A stretch of 64,000 nucleotides of DNA from Escherichia coli (GTDB taxonomy: Bacteria; Pseudomonadota; Gammaproteobacteria; Enterobacterales; Enterobacteriaceae): NCBI RefSeq assembly GCF_003334385.1, contig NZ_QOWN01000003.1. The stretch is one strand, 5' to 3'. Position numbers and translations under genes: made by a program. Of the stretch, positions 43,851 through 61,413 are shown in pieces; within the stretch, counting starts at the first letter, position 1; the number at the start of each line of letters is the position of its first letter. The notes beneath the pieces were generated by a model. The model ran no database searches and was not told the DNA's origin. It worked only from the letters and a program-made list of their open reading frames with translations.

Positions 43851-44399
43851 TTAAGAACGTTTTTCAGGAATACGGCACAGCCCCTGAGCGGGAATGTCCA
43901 TGGCAGAATTAAAACGGGCTGACAGATTTTGCAGGCCGATCAATGCCGTCAGTTCGGTGAGCGCCTGAGCGTCAAAATGCGCAGCCAGTCGGGTACGCAG
44001 GGCATCATCGACCGTTGGCGGCGTTACGCTTGCGGCTTCGGCGTACTCCAGCGCCAGCCGTTCTTCATCGCTAAAGAGCGGGCTTTGCCGCCAGTCAGCC
44101 ACTGCCAGCAGTTTATCGCTGCTGCCGGTGCGCTCGGCGACTTTCATACTGGTGATATCCACACAAAACTCACACAGGCACATTTGCGCAATGCGCGCGC
44201 TGACAAGCGATCGTACTACCGGATCGAGCGGTGAGCGTTTGCGCTCCAGCCAGCCAACAAACATCGACACCAGATAAAAGATAAACGGGATCCGCCCCCA
44301 CCAGCGAATGGGGCTTAGCACCTCGCCGTAATGGCGACGATGCAGCCACGCCTGTGGACGTAAAATTAAAGGAATTTTGCTAAGCGGCGGTAAACCCAT
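43851..44399 (-). CDS. ynjA: AhpD-like/carboxymuconolactone-decarboxylase-family protein YnjA
   Basis: 182-aa ORF; synteny within the ydjXYZ-ynjABCD gene string. Confidence 0.8.
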   Translation of the reverse strand: MGLPPLSKIPLILRPQAWLHRRHYGEVLSPIRWWGRIPFIFYLVSMFVGWLERKRSPLDPVVRSLVSARIAQMCLCEFCVDITSMKVAERTGSSDKLLAVADWRQSPLFSDEERLALEYAEAASVTPPTVDDALRTRLAAHFDAQALTELTALIGLQNLSARFNSAMDIPAQGLCRIPEKRS

Positions 44400-45106
44400 C
44401 AGGCATTCCTCTTCTGGCGTTCAAGCCATATTTTCTTCGCCATAAAAATCACCACGGTCAGGGCAAACAGAATAAACAGTCCGGTGACAAACCAGAAAGT
44501 ACCGCCTGTTAACATGCTGCCCGCCCAGGAATAAACAATAGTTGCCGGTAACTGACCAAGCCCGGTGGCGATAAAAAACGAGCGAAAACGTATTGAAGTC
44601 AAACCGGCAGCATAGCTGATTGGATCGAAAGGGACAAAAGGCAATAACCGACAGACCAGAATGGTGTGTTTGCCGTAGCGAGTGAAAAAGCCGTCCATAC
44701 TGTCAAGCACGGTTTTGCCGGTTAATTTTTCCACCACTTCGCGGCCCATCACTCTGGCGATAAAAAAGCACAGCGCCGCGCCGGCCATCGAACTGGTCCA
44801 CGACAGCAAGCCGCCCCAGAACGCGCCAAACAGCGACGCATTGGCAAAGGTGATCAAAAACGCAGGTAGCGGTGCAGCAATGGCCTGCAAAATCATCAAC
44901 AAGAACGAGACAACTGCCGCCAGTGCGCCGTAAGACTGAATAAAGCGTTCTATACCCTGTTGGTCCACGGCGGCAAACGCCGCAACGCTGCGATTGATAA
45001 ACTCATGGACGCCGGGAAGCAGCGCCCATGCCAGCAGCATAGCGAACAACAGGATGATGAGGGTTATACGGTAGTACCAGATTTTTCGCGATTGCATCAT
45101 CATCAT
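44399..45106 (-). CDS. ydjZ: DedA/TVP38-family inner-membrane protein YdjZ
   Basis: 235-aa polytopic ORF; stop overlaps the ynjA start. Confidence 0.8.
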   Translation of the reverse strand: MMMMQSRKIWYYRITLIILLFAMLLAWALLPGVHEFINRSVAAFAAVDQQGIERFIQSYGALAAVVSFLLMILQAIAAPLPAFLITFANASLFGAFWGGLLSWTSSMAGAALCFFIARVMGREVVEKLTGKTVLDSMDGFFTRYGKHTILVCRLLPFVPFDPISYAAGLTSIRFRSFFIATGLGQLPATIVYSWAGSMLTGGTFWFVTGLFILFALTVVIFMAKKIWLERQKRNA

Positions 45107-45120
45107 CCTTTATCCTGGCT

Positions 45121-45798
45121 TTATTCGGCGATTTTAAAGGTAACCGTTGCCAGCGTGTTATCCGCCGGGAGAACTGAGGCATTGCCTTTGAATTTAACTT
45201 CACCACGTTTTTCAACCGCACCATAAGTGTATGTTGCATTGCTGACGATGCCGACCGGGCAGCTATCCAGACACACCAGGCAACCCGTTTTCTTCTCTTC
45301 TGCTGCCGTTAAATTACCGCCAAAGCGCATGTCCAGTTTCTTGCCATTACTGTCAACAATCACTTCATCGAAGGAATACGCTTTTGCCGCCCCTTGCCAG
45401 TTGACCGAAATATCCAGTTTGCTGCCTGTGACATGAGTCGTTTCTTTATTATCCATCGTCATGTTTTCGCCCGGCGTACCACCTGCCTCTTTCAGGGCTT
45501 CATAAAATGCTTTCGGGGTCGCATAACCCATAAACAGCGATTTATGTCCGTTGGAGCCATCTTTAAACACAATACCGTGACGAGTGTCGTCGGTGAGGAA
45601 ACGACCATTAATTTGCACCAGCATGGTTACCGTATGGTTATTGGCATCGACACGCAGCGGTTGGCTGTTCGAAAGTCCGTCGTATTCCACTTTTGCCGCC
45701 GCATTCTCTTGTTGATCGCAGCCGCTAAGCCCAGCAACAGCCAGTAAACAGAGTGCAGCCAGTCCTTTTTTCCATGACACTGAATAATGTTGCAACAT
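45121..45798 (-). CDS. ydjY: putative lipoprotein YdjY
   Basis: ORF 45121..45960; ATG at 45798 gives 225 aa (MLQHYSVSWKKGLAALCLLAVAGLSGCDQQ...) with a lipobox LSGC. Confidence 0.7.
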   Translation of the reverse strand: MLQHYSVSWKKGLAALCLLAVAGLSGCDQQENAAAKVEYDGLSNSQPLRVDANNHTVTMLVQINGRFLTDDTRHGIVFKDGSNGHKSLFMGYATPKAFYEALKEAGGTPGENMTMDNKETTHVTGSKLDISVNWQGAAKAYSFDEVIVDSNGKKLDMRFGGNLTAAEEKKTGCLVCLDSCPVGIVSNATYTYGAVEKRGEVKFKGNASVLPADNTLATVTFKIAE

Positions 45799-45802
45799 CG
45801 TT

Positions 45803-46513
45803 CTATCCTTCATTTTTTGGGTGAGTAAGTGGGCTGCGGCGCGAAGCAGACAGATCCACATGTTTGTGTCGGGCGTAGAGTTTTGCGAGCTGGACGAGAA
45901 TAAACAGCGCCAGGCCCGCCAGACAGAGTTGTAAAATAAAGCGCAGCGTAATGCCTTCATTGGCGAGATCGCTTGCCATCACGGTATAAATAACAATACC
46001 GGGTAGGGTCGTGAGTGCCGAAATAAGGGTATAAGGCCAGAAGGCGATTGTGGTTAATCCGTAAGCGTAATTTTGAATATTGTAAGGAAACAACGGGATT
46101 AAGCGGGTCAGAATAAGAAAATCAATACCGTTACGCGCAATGCCTTTTTCAATGGCCTGGAAGGTATTGCTATGGCCAACGTATTTCAGCAGTAAATCAC
46201 GTCCCAGCCAGCGCGCCAGCAGGAATGAGCACGAGGAGGCCAGCGTGGCGGCAATTAATGAGAGTAGTGTCCCTAAGAGCGGGCCAAAAACTATTCCTCC
46301 CGCGATCACCAGTATGCTTCCTGGTAACAGCAAGAGGGTGGCAATGATGAATAACAGAATATAGAGGCTATAGCCGAAAAATCCGCTCTGGCGGATGAGT
46401 GTCTGTAAGTGGGGTAAATCGGTGAGCAGATCGAATAAACCGAAAGCGTGGATAGCGTAAATGACCAGCGCAAAAATAAGACAGGCAAAAAGAAATTTAC
46501 GCTCAGCGTTCAT
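45803..46513 (-). CDS. ydjX: DedA/TVP38-family inner-membrane protein YdjX
   Basis: ATG at 46513 gives 236 aa (MNAERKFLFACLIFALVIY...). Confidence 0.8.
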   Translation of the reverse strand: MNAERKFLFACLIFALVIYAIHAFGLFDLLTDLPHLQTLIRQSGFFGYSLYILLFIIATLLLLPGSILVIAGGIVFGPLLGTLLSLIAATLASSCSFLLARWLGRDLLLKYVGHSNTFQAIEKGIARNGIDFLILTRLIPLFPYNIQNYAYGLTTIAFWPYTLISALTTLPGIVIYTVMASDLANEGITLRFILQLCLAGLALFILVQLAKLYARHKHVDLSASRRSPLTHPKNEG

Positions 46514-46679
46514 CGTGGAGTTTCCTATATCAAACTTGATAATAGAGAAGTGGTCAGACAACTAAAAACGCAGAGACGGTATAACAAAGGACGGCAGGCA
46601 ACAAATCATTACTGACAGTTTGTTGATTTTTCTCAAGGTTAATTCTCCTGACCCAGTTTGAGCCAGGAGAGCTGCTAAA

Positions 46680-47486
46680 TTAGCGGCGGAAGGTCGCCCA
46701 GACGGGGGCGTGATCGGACGGTTTTTCCATGCTGCGGATTTCATAGTCGATGCCGGTTTCTACGCAACATTCTGCCAGCGGTTGGCTGGCGAGCAGCAGG
46801 TCGATGCGCAGACCACGGTTATCGTCAAAACCTTTTGAGCGGTAATCAAACCATGAGAAACGATCTGCTGTTTGCGGATTCGCATGGCGGAAGGTATCGA
46901 CCAACCCCCAGCTCATCAGCCTGTCCATCCATTCGCGCTCTTCCGGCAGGAAAGAGCATTTACCGGTACGCAGCCAGCGCTTACGGTTTTCTTCGCCAAT
47001 GCCGATATCCAGATCTGTAGGGCTGATATTCATATCGCCCATAATCAGTACCGGATTATCACGTTTGAGTTCGGTTTCCAGGTAGTTTTGCAGATTCTGA
47101 TAAAACTGCGCTTTTGCCGGGAATTTTATCGGATGGTCGCGGCTTTCACCCTGCGGGAAGTAACCGTTGATCACGGTGACATTACCCAGCAGTGAGGGGA
47201 TTTCCGCCATAATAATCCGCCGCTGCGCCTCTTCGTCGTCACCGGGAAAGCCGCGACGCACGGCAATCGGCGTCTCTTTGGTCAGCAGCGCCACGCCATA
47301 ATGGCCTTTCTGCCCGTGATAAAACACGTTGTAGCCGAGCTTCGCCACCTCTTCGAGCGGAAACATATCGTCATGAACTTTTGTCTCCTGCAGGCCAATC
47401 ACATCCGGTTGGTGCTTTTCGACGATGGCTTCAAGCTGGTGAGGTCTGGCGCGCAGGCCGTTGATATTAAAAGAGACAAATTTCAT
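46680..47486 (-). CDS. xthA: exodeoxyribonuclease III
   Basis: 268-aa product [36 protein letters not shown]... (EEP fold). Confidence 0.9.
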
Positions 47487-47843
47487 AGTCGCTGCCATTT
47501 ATTCAGATAAAGAGTGCGTGGATGGTAGCAGAATTTCGCGTTGCTTACCGCCTGTTGTTAAGTGATTTGATCGATGGTTGTTAATGATGTCAACGATGGC
47601 GCAAAAAATGCCCGCTTTTGGTGCGCGCTGCGTCAGAATGGCGCAGTAATTTCCAGTAAATTTCGTCAATGATCACAATTCCAGAATTATATTTTACTTC
47701 TGCATAACATTGCGTTTTTTATTCTTTTTATTCACCCACATCGCAAACGTATTCACTTTATATGCACTTTAAATGCATATGGTTTGGTTATAACTCCTTG
47801 ATTTCCAGTTAGCCTCCGCCGTTTATGCACTTTTATCACTGGC

Positions 47844-47859
47844 TGGCACGAACCCTGCA
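47844..47859 (+). promoter_or_regulatory. candidate sigma54 (-24/-12) promoter of the ast operon
   Basis: TGGCACG-AACC-CTGCA at 47844-47859 matches TGGCACG-N4-TTGCW, about 70 nt upstream of the astC start; AT-rich upstream region with ARG-box-like palindromes (e.g. tatgcactttaaatgcata). Confidence 0.5.
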
Positions 47860-47895
47860 ATCTACATTTACAGCGCAAACATTACTTATTATTAA

Positions 47896-53959
<6,064 letters not shown>

Positions 53960-53963
53960 TACT

Positions 53964-53989
53964 TACCCGCAGAAATCATTCTGCGGGTA
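53964..53989 (+). terminator. terminator-like hairpin after astE
   Basis: Stem tacccgcaga (53964-53973) / tctgcgggta (53980-53989), followed by a moderately T-rich tail. Confidence 0.4.
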
Positions 53990-54288
53990 TTAAGTTGCTT
54001 TCTTATAAATTAATACAGATTAATCCTGGTTATTTGCTTTATTTATCACCAGTCATCCGGTATAGTTCTTCATAATCTCTGCAAAATCATCGTGTTGTAA
54101 TATTCTCTCATCACTCTCCATCAAATTTTCTTTTTTTCTCCATAATTGGCGCAAAAGTGTTTTTTACACTTTCATTGTTTTACCGTTGCTCTGATTAATT
54201 GACGCTAAAGTCAGTAAAGTTAATCTCGTCAACACGGCACGCTACTTAAGAAAGCCGTAATAAATAACTGAAAGGAAGGATATAGAAT

Positions 54289-54774
54289 ATGCGTAAATTA
54301 ACTGCACTGTTTGTTGCCTCTACCCTGGCTCTTGGCGCGGCTAACCTGGCCCATGCCGCAGACACCACTACCGCAGCACCGGCTGACGCGAAGCCGATGA
54401 TGCACCACAAAGGCAAGTTCGGTCCGCATCAGGACATGATGTTCAAAGACCTGAACCTGACCGACGCGCAGAAACAGCAGATCCGCGAAATCATGAAAGG
54501 CCAGCGTGACCAGATGAAACGTCCGCCGCTGGAAGAACGCCGCGCAATGCATGACATCATTGCCAGCGATACCTTCGATAAAGTAAAAGCTGAAGCGCAG
54601 ATCGCAAAAATGGAAGAACAGCGCAAAGCTAACATGCTGGCGCACATGGAAACCCAGAACAAAATTTACAACATCCTGACGCCGGAACAGAAAAAGCAAT
54701 TTAATGCTAATTTTGAGAAGCGTCTGACAGAACGTCCAGCGGCAAAAGGTAAAATGCCTGCAACTGCTGAATAA
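54289..54774 (+). CDS. spy: periplasmic ATP-independent chaperone Spy
   Basis: 161-aa ORF with signal peptide and LTxxQ-type helical repeats (LNLTDAQKQQIREIMK, LTPEQKKQFNANFEKRL). Confidence 0.9.
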   Translation: MRKLTALFVASTLALGAANLAHAADTTTAAPADAKPMMHHKGKFGPHQDMMFKDLNLTDAQKQQIREIMKGQRDQMKRPPLEERRAMHDIIASDTFDKVKAEAQIAKMEEQRKANMLAHMETQNKIYNILTPEQKKQFNANFEKRLTERPAAKGKMPATAE

Positions 54775-54797
54775 TCTTTCAGCCAAAAAACTTAAGA

Positions 54798-54860
54798 CCG
54801 CCGGTCTTGTCCACTACCTTGCAGTAATGCGGTGGACAGGATCGGCGGTTTTCTTTTCTC
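54798..54860 (+). terminator. rho-independent terminator of spy (nested hairpins plus T-tract)
   Basis: Outer stem accgccg (54798-54804) / cggcggt (54843-54849) encloses inner stem gtccac / gtggac, followed by ttttcttttctc. Confidence 0.5.
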
Positions 54861-54898
54861 TTCTCAAACAGTTGTAAAAAAAGCCTGATCACCACTAA

Positions 54899-56399
<1,501 letters not shown>

Positions 56400-56484
56400 T
56401 GTTGACTCCGAATGCTGGTTATCTATCCAGTGTAACAGGCGGGAAGCGATTAAAAAAGAGGCGGGTCGATGACAAAGGTTACAC

Positions 56485-56592
56485 CGTCTGACGTGCTACG
56501 CCTGTCAGGCCTATTCGACTCCTGCAATGTATTGAATTTGCATAGTTTTATAGGTCGAATAAGGCGTTCACGCCGCATCCGGCGTGAACAAA
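56485..56592. repeat. REP/BIME element between cho and nadE
   Basis: ...gacgtgctacgcctgtcaggcctattcgactcctgcaatgtattgaatttgcatagttttataggtcgaataaggcgttcacgccgcatccggcg...: inverted REP units flanking a conserved ctgcaat-attgaatttgca core also seen at about 63.66 kb. Confidence 0.6.
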
Positions 56593-56628
56593 TTACTCTT
56601 TTTCGCACAATCCAATATGTGCAAATTA

Positions 56629-57456
56629 TTACTTTTTCCAGAAATCATCGAAAACGGTAATTGGCGGACGGCGTTTATGTTCGGTTTTCAGATACCAGTT
56701 CTCTATTGTTCTGGCGACCTGTTGAGGTACGTTTTTCCCTTCCAGATAGTCGTCGATATTGTCATAGGTCACGCCGAGTGCCACTTCATCTGGCAGAGAA
56801 GGGCGATCATCTTCCAGATCGGCCGTTGGCGCTTTCTTATAAAGGTGTTCCGGGCAAGCTAATGCCGCCAGTAACTGTTTACCCTGACGTTTGTTGAGAC
56901 GATACAGCGGATTAATGTCCGTACCGCCGTCACCATATTTAGTGAAGAATCCGGTAATGGCTTCTGCTGCATGATCGGTGCCCACCACGACACCGCTGGT
57001 CATACCCGCAATGCTATATTGTGCTTTCATCCGCTCACGCGCTTTTTCATTGCCACGGACAAAATCGCTCAGTTCAATGCCTGCTTCCCGCAATGCCTGT
57101 TCGCTGGCCAATACCGCGCCCTTGATATTAACGGTTAATACGCGATCCGGTTGAATAAAGGCAATGGCATCCTGGCAATCTTGTTCGTCGGCCTGAACAC
57201 CATAGGGCAGGCGTACGGCAATAAATTGCAGTGATTCGTTGCCGGTTTCCAGGCGCAGCTCATTAATCGCCATCTGGCACAGCTTTCCGGCAAGCGTGGA
57301 GTCCTGACCGCCGCTGATCCCGAGCACCAGTGATTTAATGAACGGATAAGTTTGCAGGTAGCTTTTCAGAAAATCGACACTACGACGAATTTCCTCTTCA
57401 GCATTAATCTGCGGTTTTGCGCCCAGCGCCTTTATTATTTGTTGTTGCAATGTCAT
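56629..57456 (-). CDS. nadE: NH3-dependent NAD+ synthetase
   Basis: 275-aa product [31 protein letters not shown]... with PP-loop motif SGGQDS. Confidence 0.9.
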
Positions 57457-57657
57457 TGAACCCCTCCAGACAGAAAAGACAAAACTTCCTTAAAGCTAAC
57501 CCGTTGCTACTGAAACGACAAGCGACAGCGGGCTGAATGGTGGTTAAAACGTCATACAGGAATCCTCTGAAAGCGGAGCCGTTTCGTTCACGGGCTTGAA
57601 AAAGCGCCCAATGTATTCCAGGCTTATCTAACACGCTGATAAACAAGAGGACGGAAT

Positions 57658-57996
57658 ATGAACAAGAATATGGCAGGAATTCTGAGTGCAGCGGCGGTAT
57701 TAACCATGCTGGCGGGTTGTACGGCTTATGATCGTACCAAAGACCAGTTTGTACAGCCTGTGGTGAAAGACGTCAAAAAAGGCATGAGCCGGGCGCAGGT
57801 TGCACAAATTGCGGGTAAACCTTCGTCTGAAGTGAGCATGATCCATGCTCGCGGTACTTGCCAGACCTACATCCTGGGTCAACGTGATGGTAAAGCAGAA
57901 ACCTACTTTGTCGCGTTAGATGATACCGGACATGTCATCAACTCCGGTTATCAGACCTGTGCTGAATACGACACTGATCCACAGGCTGCGAAGTAA
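57658..57996 (+). CDS. osmE: osmotically inducible lipoprotein OsmE
   Basis: 112-aa ORF with lipobox LAGC. Confidence 0.85.
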
Positions 57997-58028
57997 TCAA
58001 TTCGTCTGAAAGCTTGAGTAACAACGGA

Positions 58029-58054
58029 AACCGGCCATTGCGCCGGTTTTTTTT
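58029..58054 (+). terminator. rho-independent terminator of osmE
   Basis: aaaccggc-cattgc-gccggtttttttt: 5-bp core stem ccggc/gccgg extended by A/T pairs, followed by a T8 run. Confidence 0.55.
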
Positions 58055-58063
58055 GGCCTGAGT

Positions 58064-58112
58064 TCTTAATTATCTTCGCGAATTATTTGCCCGAAATGTG
58101 AAGAGGGTCATA
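58064..58112 (+). promoter_or_regulatory. candidate chb operator region (NagC-like operator plus CRP-like site)
   Basis: cttaattatcttcgcgaattatttgc (58064-58090) is an AT-rich dyad around a CGCG core; TGTGA-agaggg-TCATA (58097-58112) matches the CRP consensus at 9 of 10 half-site positions. Confidence 0.35.
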
Positions 58113-58294
58113 ACCACAGGTCAAGGAGAAACAATTTATAAGGTCAAAGAAATACTATTGCTCAGGTCTATACCGTATACTCCTTTCAGCCACAAAAAAA
58201 GTCATGTTGGTTTCGCAAGTTACCCAGAGCATGGAAGCAGGTTAAGGCTTGCGGAGTGTCTGGCTGACAGATAATCGTCGATGAGGGCAGTTTT

Positions 58295-58615
58295 ATGGAA
58301 AAGAAACACATTTATCTGTTTTGTTCTGCGGGCATGTCTACCTCTTTACTGGTATCAAAAATGCGCGCACAGGCAGAAAAATATGAAGTTCCGGTCATTA
58401 TTGAAGCATTTCCGGAAACACTGGCTGGTGAAAAAGGTCAGAATGCCGATGTCGTGTTATTAGGGCCGCAGATTGCTTATATGTTGCCCGAAATCCAGCG
58501 TTTGTTACCCAACAAACCGGTTGAAGTAATTGACTCGCTGCTTTATGGCAAAGTCGATGGTTTAGGCGTGCTTAAGGCTGCGGTTGCAGCGATTAAAAAA
58601 GCCGCAGCAAATTAA
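58295..58615 (+). CDS. chbB: PTS chitobiose-specific EIIB component
   Basis: 106-aa [26 protein letters not shown]... (lactose/cellobiose-family IIB, active Cys). Confidence 0.9.
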   Translation: MEKKHIYLFCSAGMSTSLLVSKMRAQAEKYEVPVIIEAFPETLAGEKGQNADVVLLGPQIAYMLPEIQRLLPNKPVEVIDSLLYGKVDGLGVLKAAVAAIKKAAAN

Positions 58616-58699
58616 TTTATTTTAAATTTTCCCGTCAAAGAGTTATTTCATAAATCAATACCGCAATATTTAAATTGCGGTTTTTAAGGGTATTTTTCT

Positions 58700-60058
58700 A
58701 TGAGTAATGTTATTGCATCGCTTGAAAAGGTACTCCTCCCTTTTGCAGTTAAAATAGGAAAGCAGCCACACGTTAATGCAATCAAAAATGGCTTTATTCG
58801 CTTAATGCCGTTAACCCTTGCGGGGGCCATGTTTGTATTAATTAACAACGTTTTTCTAAGCTTTGGGGAGGGGTCGTTTTTTTATTCCTTAGGTATTCGC
58901 CTCGACGCCTCAACCATTGAAACACTTAATGGTCTGAAAGGTATTGGCGGCAACGTATATAACGGAACATTAGGAATAATGTCTTTAATGGCACCGTTCT
59001 TTATTGGCATGGCGCTGGCAGAAGAGCGTAAAGTCGATGCGCTGGCGGCTGGGTTGTTATCCGTTGCAGCATTTATGACCGTCACCCCATATAGTGTCGG
59101 TGAGGCCTATGCGGTTGGTGCAAACTGGTTAGGTGGGGCGAATATCATCTCCGGGATTATTATTGGCCTGGTGGTGGCAGAAATGTTTACCTTTATTGTC
59201 CGCCGCAATTGGGTCATTAAACTGCCCGACAGCGTACCTGCTTCAGTATCGCGTTCCTTCTCGGCATTAATTCCCGGCTTTATTATTCTTTCCGTGATGG
59301 GGATTATTGCCTGGGCGTTGAATACCTGGGGCACCAACTTCCATCAGATCATTATGGATACCATCTCAACCCCACTGGCATCGTTGGGTAGCGTGGTGGG
59401 CTGGGCCTATGTGATCTTTGTTCCACTGCTCTGGTTCTTCGGTATTCATGGCGCGCTGGCGCTGACCGCACTGGACAACGGCATTATGACGCCGTGGGCA
59501 CTGGAAAATATCGCGACCTATCAGCAATATGGTTCCGTCGAAGCGGCGCTGGCAGCCGGTAAGACCTTCCATATCTGGGCCAAGCCGATGCTGGACTCCT
59601 TTATTTTCCTTGGGGGCAGTGGTGCGACTTTAGGCCTGATCCTGGCTATCTTTATCGCCTCTCGCCGTGCTGATTATCGTCAGGTGGCAAAACTGGCGCT
59701 GCCGTCCGGCATCTTCCAGATTAACGAACCGATTCTGTTTGGTCTGCCAATTATCATGAACCCGGTGATGTTTATCCCGTTTGTACTGGTACAACCGATT
59801 CTGGCGGCAATCACCCTCGCAGCGTACTACATGGGCATTATTCCTCCGGTGACCAATATTGCACCGTGGACCATGCCAACCGGTCTGGGAGCCTTCTTTA
59901 ACACCAACGGTAGCGTCGCCGCATTGCTGGTCGCACTCTTCAACCTTGGCATCGCAACGTTAATTTATCTGCCCTTTGTTGTGGTGGCTAACAAAGCACA
60001 AAATGCGATTGATAAAGAAGAGAGCGAAGAAGATATCGCTAACGCCCTGAAATTTTAA
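58700..60058 (+). CDS. chbC: PTS chitobiose-specific EIIC permease
   Basis: 452-aa polytopic ORF. Confidence 0.9.
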
Positions 60059-60108
60059 TCGATGCCGGTACGGGTAATCGTGCCGGTAAGAAAAGAGAGG
60101 AACGATGT

Positions 60109-60459
60109 ATGATGGATCTCGATAACATTCCCGATACGCAAACGGAAGCTGAAGAGCTGGAAGAAGTGGTGATGGGGCTGATCATCAACTCCGGACAAGC
60201 GCGCAGCCTGGCGTATGCGGCACTGAAACAGGCGAAGCAGGGCGATTTTGCCGCAGCAAAAGCCATGATGGATCAGTCACGGATGGCATTGAATGAAGCG
60301 CATCTGGTACAGACGAAACTGATTGAAGGCGATGCGGGCGAAGGTAAGATGAAAGTGAGTCTGGTGCTGGTCCACGCTCAGGATCATTTAATGACGTCCA
60401 TGCTTGCGCGTGAACTGATTACTGAATTAATTGAGCTTCATGAAAAACTGAAGGCATAA
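60109..60459 (+). CDS. chbA: PTS chitobiose-specific EIIA component
   Basis: 116-aa helical ORF. Confidence 0.9.
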
Positions 60460-60466
60460 GGAGTCG

Positions 60467-61309
60467 ATGATGCAGCCAGTGATTAACGCGCCGGAAATTG
60501 CCACTGCCCGAGAACAGCAGTTGTTTAATGGCAAAAACTTCCATGTGTTTATCTATAACAAAACTGAGAGTATCAGCGGACTGCATCAGCACGACTATTA
60601 TGAATTTACTCTGGTATTAACCGGGCGTTATTTCCAGGAGATTAACGGTAAGCGCGTGTTACTGGAACGGGGCGATTTTGTTTTTATTCCGTTAGGTTCG
60701 CACCATCAAAGTTTTTATGAGTTTGGTGCCACGCGCATATTGAACGTTGGGATCAGTAAACGCTTTTTTGAGCAGCATTACCTGCCATTGTTGCCTTATT
60801 GCTTTGTCGCTTCGCAGGTATACCGGACCAATAACGCTTTTCTCACCTATGTGGAAACAGTGATTTCTTCATTGAATTTCCGCGAAACAGGGCTGGAAGA
60901 GTTTGTTGAGATGGTTACTTTTTATGTCATTAACCGTTTACGTCATTACCGCGAAGAACAGGTGATTGATGATGTACCGCAGTGGCTGAAAAGTACGGTA
61001 GAAAAGATGCATGATAAAGAGCAGTTTAGTGAATCGGCGCTGGAGAATATGGTGGCGTTGTCAGCCAAATCACAGGAATATTTGACGCGAGCGACTCAAC
61101 GATATTATGGCAAAACGCCAATGCAGATTATTAATGAAATCCGTATTAATTTTGCCAAAAAACAACTGGAAATGACCAACTATTCAGTGACGGATATTGC
61201 GTTTGAGGCCGGTTATAGTAGCCCGAGTTTGTTTATTAAAACGTTTAAGAAATTAACGTCCTTTACGCCTAAGAGCTATCGTAAGAAATTGACTGAATTT
61301 AATCAGTAA
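60467..61309 (+). CDS. chbR: AraC-family dual regulator of the chb operon
   Basis: 280-aa ORF with C-terminal AraC HTH. Confidence 0.9.
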
Positions 61310-61413
61310 GTCGTTATACCTGACAATTCACATATCTGTCCTGTTGCTGGATTATTTATGTCCGGGGGGGCAGATATGCCAGATATCAGTATTCTGTACT
61401 GAAGGGAGAAATT

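Noticed and set aside
56469-56862. ORFs of 63 and 92 aa (and a similar one at 63606..63821) in the cho-nadE and chbG-katE spacers
   Set aside because: They are translations of REP/BIME repeats, which explains the near-identical Arg-rich peptides at two loci, or antisense to nadE.
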